Below are positions 56,349 through 64,000 of a DNA stretch of 64,000 nt, in pieces. The notes beneath the pieces are model-generated. The model worked only from the letters and a program-made list of their open reading frames with translations. It searched no databases and was not told the DNA's origin. The translations under genes were made by a program, and so were the position numbers. The number at the start of each line of letters is the position of its first letter. The stretch's first letter is position 1. The DNA is from an uncultured Candidatus Saccharibacteria bacterium (GTDB lineage Bacteria; Patescibacteriota; Minisyncoccia; JAHISW01; Tagabacteraceae), in NCBI GenBank assembly GCA_964601305.1, contig CAZRMW010000002.1:3439-67438 (forward strand), written 5' to 3'.

Positions 56349-56963
56349 ATGGCAGAGGAAATAAAAAAGAAAAAAGAGAAAAGAGAAATTTCTGAGCAAG
56401 ATACTCCTAATGAAATAAATAAACAAGGAGGTGAGGAGGAAGGTAGGGCTTGGTATGCTCTGCACACATATTCTGGATACGAAGATGCAGTTGTTAGAAA
56501 TCTTAAACAAAGAATAGAATCTTTGGGAATGGAAGATAAAATTTTTAATGTAATAGTACCAACGGAGAAAAAAATAAAAATAAGAGCAGGTAAAAGAAAA
56601 GTAGTTGAAGAAAAGCTTTATGCGGGGTATGTTTTGGTAGAGATGGTTGTTACCCACGATTCTTGGTATGTTGTAAGAAATACGCCAAGGGTAACAGGTT
56701 TCGTTGGTTCTGGTACCGTACCGCTTCCTTTAGAAAAAGAAGAAATAGACGGATTGTTTAAGAGAATGGGTGTTAAGGAGCCAAAATACAAATTGGATGT
56801 TGTAGTCGGAGAGTCTGTTAAAATTACAGATGGTCCATTTAAAGATTTTGAAGGAAGAGTAGAAAGTACAGATGAGGAAAGAGGAAAGATAAAAGTACTT
56901 GTTTCTATGTTTGGTAGGGAAACTCCTGTAGAATTAGACTTTTTGCAGGTAAAGAAAATTTAA
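56349..56963 (+). CDS. nusG: Transcription factor NusG
   Basis: WYALHTYSGYE, GYVLVEM, TPRVTGF, FGRETPVEL. Confidence 0.97.
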   Translation: MAEEIKKKKEKREISEQDTPNEINKQGGEEEGRAWYALHTYSGYEDAVVRNLKQRIESLGMEDKIFNVIVPTEKKIKIRAGKRKVVEEKLYAGYVLVEMVVTHDSWYVVRNTPRVTGFVGSGTVPLPLEKEEIDGLFKRMGVKEPKYKLDVVVGESVKITDGPFKDFEGRVESTDEERGKIKVLVSMFGRETPVELDFLQVKKI

Positions 56964-56972
56964 ATTTTAAAC

Positions 56973-57164
56973 ATGTCACAGAAAACAAACAAATCATATA
57001 GTAAAAGACTCAAAGTTACCAAAAATGGTAAGGTTGTTCAGCGCAGACCTGGTATGGGGCATTTTAATGCCAAAGAAGAAAGAAAAGGGCAGTTAAAGAA
57101 AAAAAGAACAAAACATTTTAATATTTCAAGTAAAACATTAAGCGGATTTATACCGCACGAATAA
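56973..57164 (+). CDS. rpmI: 50S ribosomal protein L35
   Basis: KTNKS..KRLKVTKNGK..HFNAK; upstream of rplT. Confidence 0.9.
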   Translation: MSQKTNKSYSKRLKVTKNGKVVQRRPGMGHFNAKEERKGQLKKKRTKHFNISSKTLSGFIPHE

Positions 57165-57168
57165 AAAA

Positions 57169-57534
57169 ATGGTTAGAATAAAAAGAGGTACAATTTCATT
57201 AAAGAGGAGAAGAAACGTTTTAAAACAAACGAAGGGTTATAAGTGGGGAAGGAAGTCTAAAGAAAGGGCAGCTAAAGAAGCAATTTTTCATGCAGCTACT
57301 CATGCCTTTCAAGACAAAAGAAAAAAGAAAAGAGTTTTTAGAAAATTGTGGCAGATAAAAATAAATGCAGCTGTTCGTCCGCTAGAGGTTTCTTACAGTA
57401 GGTTTATAGACATGCTTAAAAAAGCTGAAGTTGGTTTGGATAGAAAAATATTGTCGCAATTAGCAGAGCACAAACCAGAAGTTTTTAAAAAAGTTGTTGA
57501 AGAGGTAACCCCGCCGAGCGGGGCAAGAAAATAA
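57169..57534 (+). CDS. rplT: 50S ribosomal protein L20
   Basis: RIKRG, KKRVFRKLW..INAA, LDRKILS. Confidence 0.96.
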   Translation: MVRIKRGTISLKRRRNVLKQTKGYKWGRKSKERAAKEAIFHAATHAFQDKRKKKRVFRKLWQIKINAAVRPLEVSYSRFIDMLKKAEVGLDRKILSQLAEHKPEVFKKVVEEVTPPSGARK

Positions 57535-57540
57535 AATAAA

Positions 57541-58062
57541 ATTTTGAAGAGACCAAAAATAAACAACGAAATAAGAGCAAAAGAAGTCCGTTTAATAGAT
57601 GAAGAGAAAGGAGATTTAGGGGTTTTTGAAATTTCAAAAGCTATAGAAATGGCGCAAGGGAAGGGGTTGGATTTAATAGAAATTTCAGCAAAGGTAAAAC
57701 CTCCTATTGCTAAAATGATGGATTTTGGTAAGTTTTTATATAAAGAAAAAAGAAAACAGAGAGATGCAGCCAAAAAATCGAGTGGATCGGAAATGAAAAG
57801 TGTAAGGATTGGGCTTGGTACATCTGGAAAAGATTTAGAGTTAAAGGCAAAAAAAGCCTCGGAATTTATAAAAGAAGGGAACAGAGTAAGAGTGGAGCTT
57901 TTTTTAAGAGGAAGAGAAAAATATTTGGATAAAGATTTTTTGAAGGAGAGATTAGAAAGGGTAATAAATTTAATAACTGAAGAGCATAAAACTTTGCAAG
58001 AAATTAGAAAAGGTCCACGAGGAATATTTACTATTATAGAAAAACATGGCAAAAGCAATTAA
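57541..58062 (+). CDS. infC: Translation initiation factor IF-3
   Basis: [33 protein letters not shown]; no ATG start, so ATT 57541 or TTG 57544. Confidence 0.93.
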   Translation: MLKRPKINNEIRAKEVRLIDEEKGDLGVFEISKAIEMAQGKGLDLIEISAKVKPPIAKMMDFGKFLYKEKRKQRDAAKKSSGSEMKSVRIGLGTSGKDLELKAKKASEFIKEGNRVRVELFLRGREKYLDKDFLKERLERVINLITEEHKTLQEIRKGPRGIFTIIEKHGKSN

Positions 58063-58468
58063 AACAATTTTTAAGATTCAAATTCCTGCAGGAAAAGCTG
58101 CACCAGCTCCTCCTATTGGTCCAGTTTTGGGTCAGCATGGTGTTAATATTGGAGATTTTGTAAGTAGATTCAACGATGCTACCAAAGAAATGGGGAGCGA
58201 TATTGTTCCAGCAGAAGTGACAGTTTATGAAGACAGGACTTTTGATTTTAAGCTTAAAACACCGCCTGCATCGGATCTTCTTAGAAAAGCTGCTGGTATC
58301 GAGAAGGGTTCTGGTAAACCAAATGTAAAAAAAGCAGGAAGTGTTAGTAAAGATCAAATAAAAGAAATTGCTGAGCGCAAAATGGAAGATTTAAATGCAA
58401 ACGATGTAGATGCTGCAATGAAGATTGTTGAAGGTACTGCGCGTTCAATGGGTATTGATGTAAAGTAA
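58046..58468 (+). CDS. rplK: 50S ribosomal protein L11
   Basis: [25 protein letters not shown]. Confidence 0.97.
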   Translation: MAKAIKTIFKIQIPAGKAAPAPPIGPVLGQHGVNIGDFVSRFNDATKEMGSDIVPAEVTVYEDRTFDFKLKTPPASDLLRKAAGIEKGSGKPNVKKAGSVSKDQIKEIAERKMEDLNANDVDAAMKIVEGTARSMGIDVK

Positions 58469-58544
58469 TTTAAGACTTTTTTAAACAGAAAACGAAATCT
58501 CGCCAGAGGCGAGTGAACTTTGAAAATATTTAGGGGGATATGAA

Positions 58545-59096
58545 ATGAAGAAACAAGTAGAGCGTCTTTCAAAAGAAGATTATCAGCGAATGATAACTTT
58601 TTTTGTTGCAACCCGTGGTACTTGTGATCGTTTGAGAGCTGCCACCACTTTGTGGGATGAAGTAGGTAGAATGATATCGATAGGCTATAATGGTTCACCA
58701 CCAGGTGATTTACATTGCGATGAAAAAGGTCATTTATTGGTTGACGATCACTGTATAAGAACAATTCACGGTGAAAGAAATGCCATTTTTAATACGGTTA
58801 ATCTAAAAAAACTCAAAAGTGCTACTGCGCGCATGTTGGGTACGCCTTGTTATAATTGTGTGAAGGATTTAGTTACCAATGGAATAATTACCATCGATAT
58901 TCTTAGTCCATACAACAACTCGCTAGGAATAGAAAATGTTGAAGATTTATGTAGACGTAAGAATGTAAAACTTATATTTACTAAATTTGATTTTGTAAAA
59001 GTTTTACAACAATCTGTTGATTTTTTGCAGGGACCTGGTGGACCACTTAAAGACTTGCAAGATATTCAAGTTAAATACAAAGGAGAAAATAAATGA
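58545..59096 (+). CDS. dCMP deaminase (ComEB-like)
   Basis: GYNG, HGERNA, PCYNC. Confidence 0.88.
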   Translation: MKKQVERLSKEDYQRMITFFVATRGTCDRLRAATTLWDEVGRMISIGYNGSPPGDLHCDEKGHLLVDDHCIRTIHGERNAIFNTVNLKKLKSATARMLGTPCYNCVKDLVTNGIITIDILSPYNNSLGIENVEDLCRRKNVKLIFTKFDFVKVLQQSVDFLQGPGGPLKDLQDIQVKYKGENK

Positions 59097-59824
59097 TAGA
59101 CGAAAGAACGAACTATGTTGAAGGAAGAAGAATTGACGATGTGTGGCGTGACGCAATGTGGTTGTGTATAAAAAACGGTTGGGATTTTGTTGTGAAGGGC
59201 GGAAGTTACAAGGGGCAGATAAGAAAACAATTATCGAGGGCACAGTTAGTTATTACAGACCCAGGAGAAAGACCACTTACTCCTTTTATGCCTCCAAATT
59301 TGGATCCAACAACTTCTGAGGAAGAAATAGAAAAATATTTTTTGACGTATTTAATGAATGATGTACCAGAGCCCGGAGAGCAGTATACTTATGGAACATT
59401 TATAAAACCACAATTACCAAAAATAATCGATATTTTGATAAAAGCAGAGGGGAACACAAATCAGGCGTGTATAAGTGTTGGAGATAAAGAGTCTCCATTT
59501 CTTGACGATCCTCCGTGTTTACGCATGGTTGATTTTAAAGTTGTCGAGAGAAAATTAGAGATGACGGTATTTTTTCGTTCTTGGGATTTGTATGCTGCAC
59601 TACCTCAAAATCTTGGCGGACTACAAATGTTAAAAGAATATGTGCTTGTAAATTTGCAAAACCATTTTGATGTTGAAGATGGTCCACTAATTGCTTATAG
59701 TAGTGGTCTTCATATCTATGAACAATATTTTAAAATAGTAGATATGTTAAATGTAGACAAAATAAAAATAGGAGTACAGGCGATAAAAGATAAAGAAAAA
59801 TTTCTTTCTGAAAAAGGTATTTAA
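59093..59824 (+). CDS. thyA: Thymidylate synthase superfamily (short archaeal-like ThyA)
   Basis: YTYG, PPCL, RSWD, PQN, LHIYE. Confidence 0.85.
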   Translation: MIDERTNYVEGRRIDDVWRDAMWLCIKNGWDFVVKGGSYKGQIRKQLSRAQLVITDPGERPLTPFMPPNLDPTTSEEEIEKYFLTYLMNDVPEPGEQYTYGTFIKPQLPKIIDILIKAEGNTNQACISVGDKESPFLDDPPCLRMVDFKVVERKLEMTVFFRSWDLYAALPQNLGGLQMLKEYVLVNLQNHFDVEDGPLIAYSSGLHIYEQYFKIVDMLNVDKIKIGVQAIKDKEKFLSEKGI

Positions 59825-59827
59825 ATT

Positions 59828-59867
59828 AAAAAAAGCGTGCTCGCGTGAAATGCGAGGACGCTTTTTT
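59828..59867. terminator. Bidirectional terminator
   Basis: AAAAAAGCGT.CTCGC..GCGAG.ACGCTTTTT. Confidence 0.7.
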
Positions 59868-60726
59868 ACTTGTGGCCTTCTATATATTCAAGAGCTACTC
59901 TTAAGGCATCTTCATTTTCTTTTACTAAAATGTCTGGAACAATCTTGTTTTTACCGCTTTGATATTTTAACTCTGATGTTGTAATAGATATCTTAAAACC
60001 ATCTTTTATCTTATAAAAATCACTTTGGGTAAGATTTTTCCCAAAACTAGGCGTGCCTATAACAACACCTCTTTTAGTTCTTTGAATAACATCCGCAAAA
60101 ATTTCTGCAGCACTTGCTGTGCGACTATTGATTAAAACGAAAATCTTATGTTTCAAAAAAGCAGGAGACCGTGTAATGTACCCAGAAGCTCTTTTTGTTT
60201 TCGTGAAGATTATATTTTCTCCAGGAGGCAAAAAAAGATCTAATAATCTAGAAGCATTGAGTATAAAACCTCCATAGTTGTCTCTCAAATCAAAAACAAT
60301 AGTCTTTATTTTTTTATTTTTTTTAAGTAATCGTTTTATTTTTTCTTCTATTGGATAATTAAAGTCTGAGATTTTTGTAATATAGATCTCGTTTATAATA
60401 ATATTACTAATAAAAGATTGTTTTCTTGCTGGTGTTGCTTCTTTGTTTATTGTAAGTTTGTTATTTTTTATCGAAATTGTCGCGTAAGGATCTATTTTTC
60501 TGAATTCTTTTAAAAATCCAATCATAGCGGCTATCTTTAGCTTTTTCTTTTGTTCTTCACTTAGATTTTTAAGTCCATTTTTATCTATTATATCTAATGT
60601 CCTTTCAACTACACCAGAAACTTCGAAACTTATAAGAGGTTTGTTTAATCTTGATATACCTACAAAAACTCCAATAATCAAAAAAATGAGAAATATTAAC
60701 AAAGGATTAATTTTTATCTTTTTCAT
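59866..60726 (-). CDS. S41-family peptidase lacking an obvious PDZ domain
   Basis: DLRDNYGG, TASAAE, SFGK; N-terminal TM. Confidence 0.85.
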   Translation of the reverse strand: MKKIKINPLLIFLIFLIIGVFVGISRLNKPLISFEVSGVVERTLDIIDKNGLKNLSEEQKKKLKIAAMIGFLKEFRKIDPYATISIKNNKLTINKEATPARKQSFISNIIINEIYITKISDFNYPIEEKIKRLLKKNKKIKTIVFDLRDNYGGFILNASRLLDLFLPPGENIIFTKTKRASGYITRSPAFLKHKIFVLINSRTASAAEIFADVIQRTKRGVVIGTPSFGKNLTQSDFYKIKDGFKISITTSELKYQSGKNKIVPDILVKENEDALRVALEYIEGHK

Positions 60727-60871
60727 GAGATACTCCTCTTGTTTTTCAAAGTTTACTTGCCTTTGGCAAGGTTCTCTGTTTTAACTGTCTCACAGTTTGG
60801 ATGTTTTTGCTAGCATATGGTATTTTTATAAAAAACAAAGCAATTTTTGACAACAAAATAAGGAGTTCAAA

Positions 60872-61579
60872 ATGTTTATAGTTATTGAAGGTACAGATGG
60901 TACAGGGAAAACGACCCAGTTTAATAAGCTAAAAGAAAAATTGACACAAGAAGGACATAGTGTTGCGGTTTTTGATTTTCCTCAGTATGGAAATCCTTCA
61001 GCTTTTTTTGTGGAAAAATACTTGAATGGTAGATATGGAAGTGCTGATGATGTTGGGCCAAAAAGAGCATCCGTTTTTTACGCAGTTGATCGTTTAGACG
61101 CTTCTTTTAAGATTAAAGAAGCTCAAAAATTAAGAAAGATTTGTTTGTCCAATAGATATGTTGGGTCAAACATGGGGCATCAGGGCGGAAAAATTAAAAA
61201 TGAACAAGAGTTGATAAATTTTTTGGTATGGGTACAAAACTTTGAGTATGGATTAATGGGGATTTCAAAGCCAGATGTTTCAATTATTTTGCATATGCCG
61301 GCAAAGGTTGCACAAACACTGGTTGATAAAAAAGGAGAGAGGGAATATATAGGTGGCAAAAAAAGAGATATTCATGAAGATTCTTTGAGTCATCTTCAAA
61401 ATGCAGAAAAAACTTATTTAAAAATAGCCGAACTGTTTCCGAATGATTTTGTCGTCGTTGAGTGTTTTGAAAATGGAAGAATTTTGTCTGAAGAAGAAAT
61501 CCACGAAAAAATTTATAGCATTGTGAAAAAATTCCTGAAGGTAAGGAGGGAAAGATATGAAAATAACAGAAGAAGATAG
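60872..61579 (+). CDS. tmk: Thymidylate kinase
   Basis: FIVIEGTDGTGKTTQ, FPQY, NRY. Confidence 0.9.
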   Translation: MFIVIEGTDGTGKTTQFNKLKEKLTQEGHSVAVFDFPQYGNPSAFFVEKYLNGRYGSADDVGPKRASVFYAVDRLDASFKIKEAQKLRKICLSNRYVGSNMGHQGGKIKNEQELINFLVWVQNFEYGLMGISKPDVSIILHMPAKVAQTLVDKKGEREYIGGKKRDIHEDSLSHLQNAEKTYLKIAELFPNDFVVVECFENGRILSEEEIHEKIYSIVKKFLKVRRERYENNRRR

Positions 61580-62633
61580 TTGTAAAATATATACAGGAAA
61601 TGATCATAAAAAAAAGAAAACAAGAATTATTTGGGCAACTGGTTTACCTTGTAATGGACGAAAAAAAATTTTAAGGGCATGGAAAAAACAAGCTAAAGAA
61701 AAGAAAAAAAATGTCGAAGTTTTTTATGTTGGAGATATGATGAAAGAGCAAGGAAGAACTATTCAAAGAACATGGCCCTCAAGAAATGTTTTGCGAGTAG
61801 CTTCACGATTTTTAGATGAAAGAAAATCTGCTGTCTTTGAAAAAATTCTTAAAAACATTGCAGAAAATTTTTATGATACAGTTGTTATAGTAGACCATTT
61901 AAATTTTCTTTGGGATAACGATTTTTTGGAAGCTCATGCTTCTTTTTCTTATATTCCAGTTGTTCAACCAGATGTTTTTGTTTGTTTTGTAGATGGTCCA
62001 GAAATTATTTCAAAAAGGTTAGCAAAAAACGATATGTGGAAGACACAATCTTTAAGGGCTCAGAACATTATTCTTTGGCAAAGTTCCGAGATAATGCTCA
62101 CAAAGAGTTTGGCAGAATCTCAGAGAAAAAGATGGATAATACTTCCTACAGGAGAGGAAAAGGAAGTTTTTTATGAGATAGCAAAAGATCCAGATGTAGA
62201 ATTGTTTTATATTATGATACCGATTACACACTTACTTGGGAAAGAAGGGGAAGAGGGGAGAAAAAAAGTAGATGATCTTATAAGAATGGTAAAAAAGGCG
62301 TACCCAGCAATGATCAATCCATATACCCTCCCCGTCGGCGACATAAAGATTGCTGGTTATTCAGAAAAATTAAGAGCCATTCATGATCATGTGTTAAATT
62401 TAAACGAAAGATTTATGAATCAGGCGGGCAGTGGAATCGTGCTTATGCCTGACAAGATTCCAAGTGATGGTGTAGGTTATGAACAACCAACAATGTCTCA
62501 AGCGGGAAAGGATGTTTTTACATTTTATCCTCACGATAAAGCAGGTCCACACAAAGCTCGATTTTCGACAAAAATATTTAAAACAATGGAAGAAATGGTT
62601 GAATTTCTTGAAAAAAAAGCTCATCCTGAATAA
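61557..62633 (+). CDS. P-loop kinase-like / nucleoside deoxyribosyltransferase-like fusion
   Basis: N-terminal TGLPCNGR degenerate P-loop and QPDVFV; C-terminal FYI..PIT..NPY..SDGVGYE. Confidence 0.55.
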   Translation: MKITEEDSCKIYTGNDHKKKKTRIIWATGLPCNGRKKILRAWKKQAKEKKKNVEVFYVGDMMKEQGRTIQRTWPSRNVLRVASRFLDERKSAVFEKILKNIAENFYDTVVIVDHLNFLWDNDFLEAHASFSYIPVVQPDVFVCFVDGPEIISKRLAKNDMWKTQSLRAQNIILWQSSEIMLTKSLAESQRKRWIILPTGEEKEVFYEIAKDPDVELFYIMIPITHLLGKEGEEGRKKVDDLIRMVKKAYPAMINPYTLPVGDIKIAGYSEKLRAIHDHVLNLNERFMNQAGSGIVLMPDKIPSDGVGYEQPTMSQAGKDVFTFYPHDKAGPHKARFSTKIFKTMEEMVEFLEKKAHPE

Positions 62634-62785
62634 ATTGAAGTGTAAAGCCTTAAAGGGCTTGCCCCGCTGAAAAAGTGGGGCTTTTATTTGTGAAAATTCT
62701 ATTCTTACTAAAACTTACGATCGTGAGAAATAACAAGAATAGGGTTTTTGTTTTTGAGTTGGTGTTTTTGTGATAATATAGTTTT

Positions 62786-64000
62786 ATGAAGACAATAAAG
62801 ACAATTTTGGAAAACGAGACCGGGAAAAAGGTTGTTTGGAACGACAATTTTAAGGTTTACGGTGTTAACCTGGAATCTAAAAGTGAGGCGGAAAAAATTA
62901 GTAAAAAAGTCCAAAAAGAGGGTTTCAGTACTTCTATTATAGAAAAAGCCAGTAGGTTTTTCCTAAATGTGACTCCAGATGAAAAAGTCCTAAAAAGCAT
63001 TTTTAAGGATCTTTTGAATAAAGATATTTTTAATTTCGGAGAAGAAAAAGTGCAGGTGGAATTTATTTCTGCAAATCCTACAGGTCCACTTACGCTTGGA
63101 AATGGCCGAGGTGGAGTGTATGGAGATGTGCTAGCAAATGTTTTAAAGAAAGCTGGGTACGATGTTACAAAAGAGTACTACATAAACGATGCGGGCGGGC
63201 AAATAGAAATTTTGGGGCACTCTGTGCTTGGCGATGAGGAGGGACAGTATAAAGGAGAATATATAGACGAGCTTTCTAAAAAATTTACAGAAGGCAGTCC
63301 GGTGGAGGTGGGACAAAATGCTTTGGAAATAATTTTTGAGGGAATTAAAAAAACTGTTTCAGAGATGGGTATAGAGTTTGACAAATGGTTTTCTGAGCAA
63401 AAAGAACTTAGAGACAAAGGCAAGGTAGATGAAATAATAAATTGGTTTAAAGAAAAAGATTTGGTTTATGAAAAAGATGGAGCGCTTTGGTTTAAAGCAA
63501 GTGAATTTGGAGATGTGGAAGACAGAGTTTTAATAAAACAAAATGGTGAACCCACTTACTTCGGGGTAGACTGTGCATACCATAAAAACAAGTTTGTGGA
63601 GAGAAAGTTTGATAAAGTAATAAATATTTGGGGTGCAGATCACCACGGCGACGTAGCCAGAGTAAAAGGTTTTGTGGAAGCTTTGGGATATAAAGATAAG
63701 TTAGAAATTATTTTGATGCAATTTGTAAGGCTGGTGAAAGATGGCAAATCTGCGAGAATGTCTAAAAGAGAAGGTAATTTCGTTTTGGTAGACGATATAC
63801 TAAAAGAAGTGGGTAAAGATGTTTTTAGGTATTTTATGCTTACGCGCTCTGCTAATACTCATATGGATTTTGATATGGATCTAGCAAAAGAGCAAAGCAA
63901 GAAAAATCCAGTTTATTATATTCAATATGCTGGGGCAAGGATGAGTAGCCTCTTGGAGAAAGCTAGCTTTCAAGAAAAAGCAAAAGAAAGTAGCGAGAGT
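62786..64000 (+). CDS. argS: Arginine-tRNA ligase (runs off window; not in ORF track)
   Basis: Hand translation EFISANPTGPLTLGNGRG, YYINDAG, WGADHHG, MSKREG, NPVYYIQYA. Confidence 0.95.
   Translation, partial: MKTIKTILENETGKKVVWNDNFKVYGVNLESKSEAEKISKKVQKEGFSTSIIEKASRFFLNVTPDEKVLKSIFKDLLNKDIFNFGEEKVQVEFISANPTGPLTLGNGRGGVYGDVLANVLKKAGYDVTKEYYINDAGGQIEILGHSVLGDEEGQYKGEYIDELSKKFTEGSPVEVGQNALEIIFEGIKKTVSEMGIEFDKWFSEQKELRDKGKVDEIINWFKEKDLVYEKDGALWFKASEFGDVEDRVLIKQNGEPTYFGVDCAYHKNKFVERKFDKVINIWGADHHGDVARVKGFVEALGYKDKLEIILMQFVRLVKDGKSARMSKREGNFVLVDDILKEVGKDVFRYFMLTRSANTHMDFDMDLAKEQSKKNPVYYIQYAGARMSSLLEKASFQEKAKESSES

Noticed and set aside
57393-58058. 221-aa antisense ORF and similar shadow ORFs over pnp, recJ, dnaA and tyrS
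   Set aside because: They lie fully opposite well-supported genes and show no motifs
1-64000. Alternative genetic code (TGA recoded)
   Set aside because: Core genes translate full-length in the standard bacterial code

Overview
AT-rich chromosomal segment of a small-genome bacterium, most likely Patescibacteria/CPR (Parcubacteria-like; inferred from gene content and order, not from a search). It spans the replication origin region (dnaN-oriC-dnaA | rpmH-rnpA-yidC-jag), followed by a T4SS-like cluster (pilin, VirB4, PrgI, VirB6-like; no relaxase or VirD4 seen). Housekeeping genes include tyrS, PBP1A, rsmA, pcrA, comM, pnp, rpsO, xerC/D, rplS, recJ, rnhA, split comEC, ndk, smpB, secE-nusG-rpmI-rplT-infC-rplK and partial argS. 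RNA genes are four tRNAs, tmRNA and a probable compact 6S RNA. There is also a dCMP deaminase-ThyA-Tmk-kinase/NDT nucleotide cluster. The most unusual signals are non-coding: (1) two identical 209-bp hairpin-rich units at the tmRNA 3' end, each regenerating that end; (2) families of short GC-rich palindromes between genes and in frame inside core proteins; (3) arrays of promoter-SD-orphan ORF-hairpin cassettes with shared, apparently chimeric hairpins; (4) a PaaX/Cas2-like gene bracketed by inverted palindromic sites. No CRISPR array, rRNA gene or transposase was recognised.
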